From positions 5,566-69,565 of IMG/VR virus record IMGVR_UViG_3300017929_000004: a stretch of 64,000 bases of DNA. One strand, 5' to 3'. The notes under the pieces were generated by a model. That model saw only the letters and a program-made list of their open reading frames with translations, was not told where the DNA came from and ran no database searches. The stretch is from a virus. This document shows positions 34,780 through 44,191 of the stretch, one piece after another; the stretch's first letter is position 1, and each line of letters opens with the position of its first letter. The position numbers were made by a program, and so were the translations under genes.

Positions 34780-37148
34780 AAAAGATTATCACGCTACTTG
34801 GATTGCTGTCAATCCTATTAGTTTCGTTTCCATCCACTTCTCTCGCAGTTTCGTCTATTTCGGGCACAATTACCGACCCCGCAGGAGCAGCGTACGCAAA
34901 CGGAACCTACGAATTTACCTTCATCGGTGGGCCGGGTGGGGTCAACATCGGGACTGGTGAAAGTGTTGCCCGGGTGGCTGGAGCGCTGAACGGCTCTGGT
35001 GCCTTCAGCGGCGTGACGCTGGGCAATACCGACATCCTGGGTGGAGGGTCGCGCTGGCAGGTAAAGATTTGCGCTGTCAACGGCCAGTGTTTTACGACCC
35101 TCATCAATGTCACGGCCTCTACGTCGAGCCTTTCGACGATCTTGCAGGCTGCGGCTCCGCTTCTGACGGGCGCTTCGATGAGCGGGACGGCGGCTGCCAA
35201 CAGCACCTTCGCGTTTGCGAACTACACCAATGCGTGGACTTGGGGCGCTGCGACGGGGGCCTCGACGAACCCGTTTACGCTGACCGACACGACACTCAAC
35301 ACTGGAACCGGCTACCTCGAAAAGGTCATTACTACAGCCGGTTCGGCGCTGGGTGGATTCCAAGTGGTCTGCGGCAATCAGGCTAGTGCTGCGGCTCCAG
35401 CAAATGCTCCAGCTTGCGTTACTCTGACGGCTGGCAATGGTGGAGTATCGACCGTAGCTGGAACCCCTGGTAGTAACGGTGGAACCATTACCAAAACCAC
35501 GGGGACTGGCGGCGCGGGTGCCGCGACGGGCACCGGCGGAAACGGTGGTGAGGGCGACTTAATCACCGGAAACGGCGGCGCTGCGGCGGGCGTCGGGTCA
35601 CTCGGCGGAAACGGTGGTCTGATTAAACTCTTGGGTGGCACTGGTGGTGGAACTGTCAACGGCGGAGTCGGTGGAGCGTTGACGATGACAGCTGGCCCTG
35701 GTGGAAACGGTTCGACCACAGGCGGGACTGGTGGAGCGTTGACCCTCGGGTCGGGCGCGGCTGGAACCGGCGGAACCGGAACGTCTGGGGCGGTTGCCCT
35801 CAAGTCAGGAGCAAGCACGGTTCTGGGCGTTACAGGCTTGGGCGCAATCACCATGGCTTCGCCGGGAACCAATCTGACGAACGAGTTCCTCTTCACTGGC
35901 ACGGCACAGTCGGGCACTCCGGCGAACAGTGTGTTCAGCGTGGTCGATACTACTGGAAACACCACGACTGGTCCGCTGCTTGACGTTCATACCGTTGGGA
36001 ATTCGACAGCGCTCCCTGTGCGAATCACCGCGCAAGGAAGCACTGTCGGCGTTCAAATGAGCGCGGCTGGTGTGCTCTCGCCGATCAGCACCGGTAAAAT
36101 CGCTCCCCGGTGGAACGACGTAACGGCGGCTGGCGCTGCTCAGAGCATCGCCAACACGATTTACACCACGGCGATTTCTCATACGAATCCGGCGGGGGCG
36201 GCTGACGCCATCACCTTCAGCATGGGCACCGCAACTTCGACGAGCAACCTGCTGACGCTCTCCGACGGTGCGGCCAATACCGGAACTGGCTACCTCTTGA
36301 ACCTGTCGCATGGTGCGGCCTCACTTGCCAACGACCTCAAGATTACCGCCGCAGCGCAGACTGGTTCGCCTTCGAATTCTCAGATTAACATTCTAGATAC
36401 AACTTCCAATACGAACACCGGCCCGCTGGTCAACATCCACACGGCGGGCAGTTCGACGGCTCTCCCGATTCAAATAACGGCAGTGGGAACCGCCAACGGC
36501 GTCCAGATGACCGCCGCTGGCTTGCTCCAGAAAATGGGGAGTGGCAGCATCAAGGCCGACGCTTCAACCTCTCCGACGGATGGCTACTACTGGGTGCCGT
36601 TACAGGCTTGCGGTATGCAGTTGACGACCGGCGCTCTGGCTGCGGCCTCGACGGTTGGTCAAAACCCGGGCATCCAGTACGTGGCTGCAAACAACATGGT
36701 GCTCGGAGTTACAACTTCTGGTGCCGCAAGTGCGGTGACAATCGACTGCGACATCTCGCCACCGAGCCGCACAACCTCGACAAAGGGAATCACCATCACC
36801 GGCGTCAGAATGTTCTACGGCTATCAAGGTGCCGCAACTCCGAACAGCATTGCCGGTCCAACCTTCTCGCAGGTAGTTTATAGTGCCGCTGCTGGAGCGG
36901 CGGCAGCCACACTGACGACGGTTGGTGGGGCGCTTACAACCACCGTTGGTACCAGCCATAGCACACCGGGTGCTGTGACCACGACTGGCCAGTGCTACTC
37001 GGAATTGACGACCTTCGGAACACCCTTCGTCGCGAATAGCGACCTCACACGGTACACGGCAGAATTGGTCATCAACCATACGACCGCTTCTTTGGCAACG
37101 TATCAACTCTGCGGAGTGGCCGTGGACTATACTAACGGCGTTTTGTGA
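34776..37148 (+). CDS. Signal-peptide-bearing Gly/Thr-rich fibre/adhesin-like protein
   Basis: MKKIITLLGLLSILLVSFPSTSLA; GGNGG glycine-rich block; internal duplicated ~60-aa unit. Confidence 0.75.
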   Translation: MKKIITLLGLLSILLVSFPSTSLAVSSISGTITDPAGAAYANGTYEFTFIGGPGGVNIGTGESVARVAGALNGSGAFSGVTLGNTDILGGGSRWQVKICAVNGQCFTTLINVTASTSSLSTILQAAAPLLTGASMSGTAAANSTFAFANYTNAWTWGAATGASTNPFTLTDTTLNTGTGYLEKVITTAGSALGGFQVVCGNQASAAAPANAPACVTLTAGNGGVSTVAGTPGSNGGTITKTTGTGGAGAATGTGGNGGEGDLITGNGGAAAGVGSLGGNGGLIKLLGGTGGGTVNGGVGGALTMTAGPGGNGSTTGGTGGALTLGSGAAGTGGTGTSGAVALKSGASTVLGVTGLGAITMASPGTNLTNEFLFTGTAQSGTPANSVFSVVDTTGNTTTGPLLDVHTVGNSTALPVRITAQGSTVGVQMSAAGVLSPISTGKIAPRWNDVTAAGAAQSIANTIYTTAISHTNPAGAADAITFSMGTATSTSNLLTLSDGAANTGTGYLLNLSHGAASLANDLKITAAAQTGSPSNSQINILDTTSNTNTGPLVNIHTAGSSTALPIQITAVGTANGVQMTAAGLLQKMGSGSIKADASTSPTDGYYWVPLQACGMQLTTGALAAASTVGQNPGIQYVAANNMVLGVTTSGAASAVTIDCDISPPSRTTSTKGITITGVRMFYGYQGAATPNSIAGPTFSQVVYSAAAGAAAATLTTVGGALTTTVGTSHSTPGAVTTTGQCYSELTTFGTPFVANSDLTRYTAELVINHTTASLATYQLCGVAVDYTNGVL
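34785..34812 (-). promoter_or_regulatory. Antisense promoter for the HNH, inside the next gene's signal-peptide codons
   Basis: TTGACA-16-GATAAT. Confidence 0.55.
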
Positions 37149-37178
37149 AACACACGACTACGGTGTGAAGCTGGTTTA

Positions 37179-37192
37179 GTGCAGTCCTGCAC
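37179..37192. repeat. Palindrome GTGCAG-NN-CTGCAC copy
   Basis: TAGTGCAGTCCTGCACTG abutting a GGAGG RBS. Confidence 0.9.
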
Positions 37193-37203
37193 TGGAGGCA
37201 AGT

Positions 37204-37755
37204 ATGGCAATACGAACATGGGGGTATCTCACAATCGCCGCCACCGACACGCCACAGCCTATTTTCTCGTCAACCCTTGCCTCGGCCGTCATCGCAGCGA
37301 CGGACGGCTTTGGCCAACCCCTTCCTGGGCCGGTCCTGCCCTTCACGAGTGCTGCGAAATTCAAGAAGGGCGACCGGCTCATGATCGTCGAGACCGACGG
37401 GACGTTACTGGAAATCTCCTTGATCGTGGGCATCTCGACGAACAATGTAACCGTCGACAAGATCCTCCATTCGCATGCTGCTGGCGCTTGGGTCATTCTC
37501 CACGAGTCCATGACTGCACCCTACGTGCAATGCGGTGAGGCCAACACAGCTATAATCGGCATCGGCACGGGGCGCACGGCGAGCCTATCGACGGGCGCAG
37601 CGCTGATAGCGATTTTGGAGCCTACCGTCGCGGGAGTCCAACCCGAGGAATTCTCCTGTGGCAACGTCTTCGGAGCGAATCCGATGAAGAGTTCGGACTT
37701 CTGGGTTGTCGGGACTCAGAGCGACAAGATCCTGCCATCGTTTATCTCCACTTGA
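37204..37755 (+). CDS. Putative virion structural protein
   Basis: GGAGG RBS; beta-rich. Confidence 0.7.
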   Translation: MAIRTWGYLTIAATDTPQPIFSSTLASAVIAATDGFGQPLPGPVLPFTSAAKFKKGDRLMIVETDGTLLEISLIVGISTNNVTVDKILHSHAAGAWVILHESMTAPYVQCGEANTAIIGIGTGRTASLSTGAALIAILEPTVAGVQPEEFSCGNVFGANPMKSSDFWVVGTQSDKILPSFIST

Positions 37756-37766
37756 GGGGGGAGCCA

Positions 37767-38867
37767 ATGAGGAAAATTGCATATTTTTTTGTTGCGGTGG
37801 CTCTCTCCGCTGCGTTGGCGCTTGGACAGACTCACACCGGAGGGGGCGCGGGCGGGGGAGTGGCCGGCAACCTCTCGACGCTTACCAACCCCACGGCGAT
37901 CAACCTGTCGACGCTAACCTTTGCTGGTGCCGCAGGGATCACAGCGGGAGGCACCAGCAACGTTACCTTCACGCCGGGGACTGGAGGCAAGACCATCGTA
38001 ACAGGCGAGCTTGACGTAGGCTCTCTTGTGAGCAACGACGGCTTCAACTCCAGCTTCAGCTTCACCGCAGGCGCAAGCGGATTTCACGCTCCGATAGCGA
38101 GCATTATCCAGTTTCAGCCCCCCGCCTCGATAACCGGGCATAACCGGGTGCTGGCAGGTGTGGCCCCCAGCGTCATATCATTTCCAGTATGGAGCGCCGG
38201 AGTCAATGGCGCGGCGACGTTCAATCCCACACCCACGGCAATTGGTGCAGCCTTTACGCAAGCTGACGTTGGGGTTTTGTTCACCGTGACAGGGTGTGGA
38301 GCGACTGGAACCATCACACAAGTGAATAGTGGCTCTGGCACAGGCGGAATCACAGCAATCGCGGTGGCGGCAGTGAACCCCGGCACTTCGGCGTGCTCAA
38401 CTGGTGCAGGGCAGGCCATCACGGGTGGCCACGGCAACAGCGCCACGGTGAATATCGCCACGGTGCTGCCGGTCAGCACGGAATCAATGGTGGCGGCTGC
38501 GTCTGTGGGAATGTCCGGCTTTGGTGCGACCTTCGACGGTGGCGGATCGGCGCTTTCCACTGGCACAGCGTACATCACCATTCCGCACACTTGCACGATT
38601 TCCGCCGTCAACCTGCTTATCGACCAAGGCGCTGCGACGTTCACGGTGTGGAAGATAGCAACTGGGACAGCTTTGCCAACAGTGACTCAGAATATCAGTA
38701 CATCGGGTCTTACCATCACCGGTCAGACCGCGTCTCATAGTACCGATGTCTCGGATTTTTCCACCCACACTGGGGTGGTAGCGAACGACATTGTGGCGGT
38801 TCACATTGTCCCCTCGGGTGGGGCGACGTGGGCGCAGGACTTGATTGAGTGTGACAGGACATACTGA
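37767..38867 (+). CDS. Signal-peptide-bearing fibre-like protein
   Basis: MRKIAYFFVAVALSAALALGQ; C-terminal FDGGGS jelly-roll-like domain. Confidence 0.75.
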   Translation: MRKIAYFFVAVALSAALALGQTHTGGGAGGGVAGNLSTLTNPTAINLSTLTFAGAAGITAGGTSNVTFTPGTGGKTIVTGELDVGSLVSNDGFNSSFSFTAGASGFHAPIASIIQFQPPASITGHNRVLAGVAPSVISFPVWSAGVNGAATFNPTPTAIGAAFTQADVGVLFTVTGCGATGTITQVNSGSGTGGITAIAVAAVNPGTSACSTGAGQAITGGHGNSATVNIATVLPVSTESMVAAASVGMSGFGATFDGGGSALSTGTAYITIPHTCTISAVNLLIDQGAATFTVWKIATGTALPTVTQNISTSGLTITGQTASHSTDVSDFSTHTGVVANDIVAVHIVPSGGATWAQDLIECDRTY

Positions 38868-38989
38868 TGATACAAATTTTGTTCGTCATATTTGAACTTA
38901 TTATTATCGCCGCTACTGCGGGGATTTGCCATTACGAGGTAACCCGTATTTGGGGAAAGCGAGTTGGGGGGAAAACCCATGAAAAATAA
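38867..38989 (+). CDS. 40-aa single-TM peptide
   Basis: TGATG overlap; MIQILFVIFELIIIAATAGIC. Confidence 0.35.
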   Translation: MIQILFVIFELIIIAATAGICHYEVTRIWGKRVGGKTHEK

Positions 38990-40988
38990 ACTGAAGGCTC
39001 TCATTCTGGCCTGCCTCCTGCTTGCTTCGCCGTGCTTCGCCGTGAATCTGACCCAGAACCTTGTGAACTGGGAACTCAACGCCTCAGCGACGGCAGCGGA
39101 TGTAAATGGCGGGGGATTCGATTGGGGCAACGCCAACTTCCTGACAGACCTAGCCTGTACCACGGCGACCGGGAATACACCCGATTGCTCGTCAGCGTCC
39201 ATCACTTTCGTTCAGGCCGATGCACTGCACTGGATATTTGTGAAGTCTGGCACACACTGGGCTCCCGGCTGGTATTACATCACTGACGCCTGTGTTTCCA
39301 GCGTGTGGCAGCCTGCCGGGTCGGGAGCCTGTACCACGGGCCACATTCGTATGAATGCCGCCAGCGGCGCGGCGGTGCAGCAAAACACCACAGTGGGCTT
39401 GCCGAGTCCCGCCTACGTTGCTAACACGGTGGCAGGGATGTCCTCGGATGCAACGGCATCACTCACGGCTGGCACCTTTGGAGTGGATTACAGCCAAGCG
39501 ACGGCTGCGATTACCAACGATACCGATCTTGGCTGCACCAACGCCGCGCCATCCGTTTGCACATCTACGAATAAAGCTTTCGGTTTGAGAATGGTTGGCA
39601 ACGTAGTTCACATCACCACAACTGGAACGGGAGCACATTTCTTGGTGGGCTGGTACGAGGTCGTCTCCGTCTCTGGAGTGAATGCCACCTTGGACCGCAA
39701 TGCCACAGACGGAGTATCAGCAGGTGTGGCTGGCACCTTCTACGTCGGCGGGGCAATCGGTTTGGGAAATGCCTTGGACCCTACAGTTTTTGCGCAAGGA
39801 TATGCCACGGGAGTCACCGCAAACCGTTTCTTCATCAAATATGGAAGCTACACTTTAGGGGCAAACCTTACTGGTCAAACCGTGGGTCTGGCTGAGGCCC
39901 CTATGGTGGTTGAAGGCTACAATTCACTGCGTGGCGATAGGCCGACTGGGGCCAATCGTCCCACCATCACCGTTTCGTCAACCTACGGGTTTGCCCTTAC
40001 TAGTTATTGGGATGTTTACAACCTCATCTTAACTGGTTCCACTACTAGTTCTCCTCTGTCAATTGGCATTGGAGGTAAAGCCACAAATATCAAGGCAGTT
40101 CAAACTAGCACCACGGCTGCCGCCCATGCGATTACAGGAGTCACTAACGGCTTTTTCCTTAATTGTGAGGCTATATCCTACCGAGGAATTGCACTTTCTG
40201 TCAATTCTGCACAAGTTGAAGGATGTTATTTGCACGACAGTGACATAGGTTTTTCGGCAGCAGCATCTCCGGTGGCAATTCGGAATTCAATTATTGAGAG
40301 CAATGTTACCGCCGCAGTTCAAAATACGGCGGTAAGTACAAGCTTGTTTACGATTCAAAACTCTACGTTGTATGGTGGTGAAAACAAGACAGGTCTTGGG
40401 GTTAACCTATTTACAGGCTCTTATGATGTACGAATTGTTGACTCGATTCTCTATGGTTTTACTACGGGAATCACTCACGCCGATGCGAGTCAGACCGGCG
40501 GATATGACGACTACAACGACTTTTACGATAACACCACTGCTGCGACGAATTGGCAGAAGGGGATTCACGATCTTGCTCTAAATCCAACCTTTACGAACGT
40601 TGCTCAGTATACCGGAAGCGGAGCTAGCACGACTACTGGCACGTTAACCGATGCTGCCGTGGATTTCACCACCTATGGCATCGTGGGAAATCAGGATTTT
40701 GTTAACGTGACTGCGGGCGGAACTCTCAATCTAGGACAGTATCTTATCACTTCCGTGGCGAGCACGCATGTGCTCAACCTTAGTCCAGCCCCTGGTACTG
40801 GGACAGCGGTTACATACCAGATCACGACGGGTCGGAACTTTATGGTAACCAATACAAGTCTGAAAAATGCGGGTTTCCCCGGTGCTTTCCCAGCAGGCAT
40901 CACCACTGGATACGTGACCCCTGGCGCGGTACAGCCACAGGTGACCGCTGCTGGGGCGAGCCAACATAACACGGGGTTTGTGCAATAA
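38979..40988 (+). CDS. Signal-peptide-bearing parallel beta-helix protein
   Basis: MKNKLKALILACLLLASPCFA; IRNSIIESN, IQNSTLYG, DYNDFYDN repeats. Confidence 0.75.
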   Translation: MKNKLKALILACLLLASPCFAVNLTQNLVNWELNASATAADVNGGGFDWGNANFLTDLACTTATGNTPDCSSASITFVQADALHWIFVKSGTHWAPGWYYITDACVSSVWQPAGSGACTTGHIRMNAASGAAVQQNTTVGLPSPAYVANTVAGMSSDATASLTAGTFGVDYSQATAAITNDTDLGCTNAAPSVCTSTNKAFGLRMVGNVVHITTTGTGAHFLVGWYEVVSVSGVNATLDRNATDGVSAGVAGTFYVGGAIGLGNALDPTVFAQGYATGVTANRFFIKYGSYTLGANLTGQTVGLAEAPMVVEGYNSLRGDRPTGANRPTITVSSTYGFALTSYWDVYNLILTGSTTSSPLSIGIGGKATNIKAVQTSTTAAAHAITGVTNGFFLNCEAISYRGIALSVNSAQVEGCYLHDSDIGFSAAASPVAIRNSIIESNVTAAVQNTAVSTSLFTIQNSTLYGGENKTGLGVNLFTGSYDVRIVDSILYGFTTGITHADASQTGGYDDYNDFYDNTTAATNWQKGIHDLALNPTFTNVAQYTGSGASTTTGTLTDAAVDFTTYGIVGNQDFVNVTAGGTLNLGQYLITSVASTHVLNLSPAPGTGTAVTYQITTGRNFMVTNTSLKNAGFPGAFPAGITTGYVTPGAVQPQVTAAGASQHNTGFVQ

Positions 40989-43900
40989 TGAGACTAAGAT
41001 TCCTAATTCTTACCGCAGCGCTACTGGCTTTTCCTGTCCACGGCTTTTCTCAGACCTTGGCAATCGGAACGAACGATACACTGCCCACAGGTTACCTGGG
41101 TTCGTCTTACAGCGTTAACCTGACGGCTACTGGCGGGACGCCTCCTTACAGCTTCGCTGTTACTGCTGGGAGTTTTCCTACGGGCTCGCCCACATTCGCC
41201 TTGTCGGCAGGGGGAATCAACGCCGTTGCCATCAACACTGCTGGTACCACATATACTGTCGGTAACGTTCTTAAAGTGACTCAGGCTGGGGCGAGTGGTG
41301 GAGGATACGTTGTTACTGCCGTGGATGGTAGCGGCGGAGTGACTGCGGTTACGCGCATTTCGCCAGGGACTGGCTATAGCATCGCTTCTGGACTTGCCAC
41401 AACCGTTTCACCGGCAGGTGGTACCGGCTGTAAGTTGAATATCACCGGCTTGGGCGGCGTCATCAGCGGGACGCCAAGCGTGGCTGGGACGTACACCTTT
41501 ACGATCACTGTGACGGATGGAGTAGCAGCCACGGCTGTCAAGAGTCTCAGCATCCTGATCTTTGACCAGCCCCTTGATGTTTATGGGGGCTTAATCAATA
41601 AACCTTGCGCAGCAGACCCCAATCACACTGGCCATTTCTATACAGCCAAGATGAGCAGCCATTGGTATCTTTGCACGCCTGGCAGTGCTGGAACCAGTTG
41701 GATTGGCAACGCTTTCTGGATGAATGGTTCCTTCGTTCCCGGACAAATTGGAGGCGCGGACTACCAGCACGTCGTCAATACAACGCTTACCAACAATAAG
41801 TATGCAACAGGCTTTACCACCAACGGTACGTTGAACTGGGGCTTGTCGGTTACGCGTCGGGAGCAGAGTTGGGGAATAAATACCAATATTGATGCATTAA
41901 CTAATTGGATTTTGCCCAATCAGACTCACAGTTCGTGGGGCACCAGCGATAGAACGAATCCTGTCCATATCCCCTATGTGGGCGCTGTTTCGTCCAGTCT
42001 GTATGCGTCGATTGATCTTAACGGCTGGGAGGCGGCAGCGGGTTATGGCCCCATGAAGGGTTACGCGGGGGCATTCAAGGTATCATCCGTGCCTGGAATT
42101 TACATGATGATAGCGGCGGACTTTTTTGACCCTGCGTTTGCTGCCTGGCTGGCCGGAGACCTTGCTGCCCCCAATGGCAACAGTTATAAAACCTGGCTGA
42201 TCGGACCCAACACAAGCTATCTTCTGGGAATGATTATGGACGAAGGGGACAACACCGGGGGATTCCGCGACGGAACTGATTTTCCCACCATCGCTCAGGC
42301 CAACTATCTGTACAAGCCCCCCGACGCCCATTGGGGTGTAATATCCCTGATTACCTCGCCCGTCTTGACGACAGCAGCCTGTACTACTGCCCCCAAAAAC
42401 TATGCTTGTTCTACTCCGGGCCACGACTTCCTATTTACACATACCGCATTCTACACCAAGGTGGAATTAGGTACCTGGGTGCAGCAGGCGCTTGATTCTG
42501 GTCCGAATTATGCCAACTTTGGTGCCCTCAACAACGCTTGGGGGTCGCACTATGACAGCTTGGGTTCAGACGCGGTAACACACACAGGGGAAGCATGTGC
42601 CACAGGGGATGGGACAACTGGCCCCTATACCTGCACGCTATCGGTACACCCGCTCACACCTCTCACTGTACAGGTTTTGGTGGGAGGGACGTTGACGGCG
42701 GGGGATGACGGCTCAGGCCCTCGGGCTGCAAGCCCGACAGTTACAGGCTACTTCCGTGGAACCACTAGCAATGCTTACACCGGGACTAAACCGAGAAATC
42801 TTGGAACCATCAACTACACCACGGGGGCCGTTTCACTTACGTTTGCTACTACGGTTCCAGTCGGAACAGCAATGACGGTGACTTACCAGACCAACGGCTG
42901 GGGCACGGGATGGGGTTTGCTGGACGAAGATGGCAAGTGTCCCGCCAAGGCCAACGGGGGAACTACCTGCTGGATACCTGCCGATTACAACCTCACCCCG
43001 GCAACGCATGCTTCACCACCGGCGGGAACCACGGCAGCATTCATCGTTGACATGGACAACTTCCTCTATCACATGGCCAAAAATTACGCCAAGATCGAGC
43101 ATGACGCTTTGGCCACGGCGGCCCCTGGAGTGTTGTATATGGGTACCCAGTTGGGAAGTTGGAGTTCGCCCACGCGAGCGCCTGTGCTTAGGGGGTTTGG
43201 GGCATATGTCGATTTGGCATATTCACCTACTCTTCCAAGCATAGACCCATTGAGCGTCATCACCGACAATCAAGCGCGGGTGGATTTCTTTTTCAACAAT
43301 TTGGGTGATATTCCCGCCTTTAATTGGGAAGGGTTCTATGCTGAACCCGATTCTTATATGTCACCCTACACTCCTACCGATAACTATATCTACAGCACGC
43401 AGGCATTGCGTGGTGCTGGCTTTGGAACGTGGATGACTGCGCTTTTCAATACGCAAGTTTTGTCTGGCGCACTTGCCGGAACCTACCCCATGGTGGGATA
43501 TGGTTGGTGGAGCGCTTACTATGACTCTTCTCTTTCAAACTTCGGTTGGGTGACGCCCCGCGACGATCCCTATGATGGGGTTTCCTCCACGACCACACAG
43601 GGGTACGACGCCTGGGGCTATCCTACGGGCTGCCTGCCACAAGCCATGGTGGGGGCGGCGACCCCCTGCGAGCACGCCAACTACGGAGATTTTGTTGACA
43701 GTGCGCGAACTGAGAATCTGTGGATACTCGATCAAATAGGCCAAGCTACCCCGCCCACGCCTGCGCTCGCCAGCTTGGATACATCATCCATGACGTTTCT
43801 CGATCAATCTGTGGGTGTTGCATCTATCACACAAACAGTCACGCTTTCCAATGTCAGCACCACGACTTTGAATATTGCGAGCGTCGCTGTGGCGGGGGCA

Positions 43901-44146
43901 GGGTACAGCATTACGGTAAACACTTGTGGCAGCACCCTTGCAGGACAGGCCAATTGCGCCGTAACAGTTGGCTTTACTCCGACTATGAAAGCTTCTGTGA
44001 CCGCACCAATTACCGGGACGCTTACCTTCACCGACGACAATCACGGGGTCGGGGGCAGCACGCAGGTGGTAACACTGAGCGGGACGGCGGGGGCTCAGGT
44101 GATGAGCGGTACGGCCAAGGCAAGTGGGACGGTGCTTGTACAGTGA
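40988..44146 (+). CDS. Signal peptide + Ig-like + GH50/agarase-like + ASH (choice-of-anchor D) protein
   Basis: TATGGTPPYSF..GVISGTP (Ig); DVYGG..TGHFYTAK..WYLCTP, DFFDPAF, YLLG; C-terminal TCGSTLAGQANC..VGFTP. Confidence 0.7.
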   Translation: MRLRFLILTAALLAFPVHGFSQTLAIGTNDTLPTGYLGSSYSVNLTATGGTPPYSFAVTAGSFPTGSPTFALSAGGINAVAINTAGTTYTVGNVLKVTQAGASGGGYVVTAVDGSGGVTAVTRISPGTGYSIASGLATTVSPAGGTGCKLNITGLGGVISGTPSVAGTYTFTITVTDGVAATAVKSLSILIFDQPLDVYGGLINKPCAADPNHTGHFYTAKMSSHWYLCTPGSAGTSWIGNAFWMNGSFVPGQIGGADYQHVVNTTLTNNKYATGFTTNGTLNWGLSVTRREQSWGINTNIDALTNWILPNQTHSSWGTSDRTNPVHIPYVGAVSSSLYASIDLNGWEAAAGYGPMKGYAGAFKVSSVPGIYMMIAADFFDPAFAAWLAGDLAAPNGNSYKTWLIGPNTSYLLGMIMDEGDNTGGFRDGTDFPTIAQANYLYKPPDAHWGVISLITSPVLTTAACTTAPKNYACSTPGHDFLFTHTAFYTKVELGTWVQQALDSGPNYANFGALNNAWGSHYDSLGSDAVTHTGEACATGDGTTGPYTCTLSVHPLTPLTVQVLVGGTLTAGDDGSGPRAASPTVTGYFRGTTSNAYTGTKPRNLGTINYTTGAVSLTFATTVPVGTAMTVTYQTNGWGTGWGLLDEDGKCPAKANGGTTCWIPADYNLTPATHASPPAGTTAAFIVDMDNFLYHMAKNYAKIEHDALATAAPGVLYMGTQLGSWSSPTRAPVLRGFGAYVDLAYSPTLPSIDPLSVITDNQARVDFFFNNLGDIPAFNWEGFYAEPDSYMSPYTPTDNYIYSTQALRGAGFGTWMTALFNTQVLSGALAGTYPMVGYGWWSAYYDSSLSNFGWVTPRDDPYDGVSSTTTQGYDAWGYPTGCLPQAMVGAATPCEHANYGDFVDSARTENLWILDQIGQATPPTPALASLDTSSMTFLDQSVGVASITQTVTLSNVSTTTLNIASVAVAGAGYSITVNTCGSTLAGQANCAVTVGFTPTMKASVTAPITGTLTFTDDNHGVGGSTQVVTLSGTAGAQVMSGTAKASGTVLVQ

Positions 44147-44191
44147 GGTTTTGGATGAACAACAAGATCGGATGTGGAAGAGAGGGATTCG

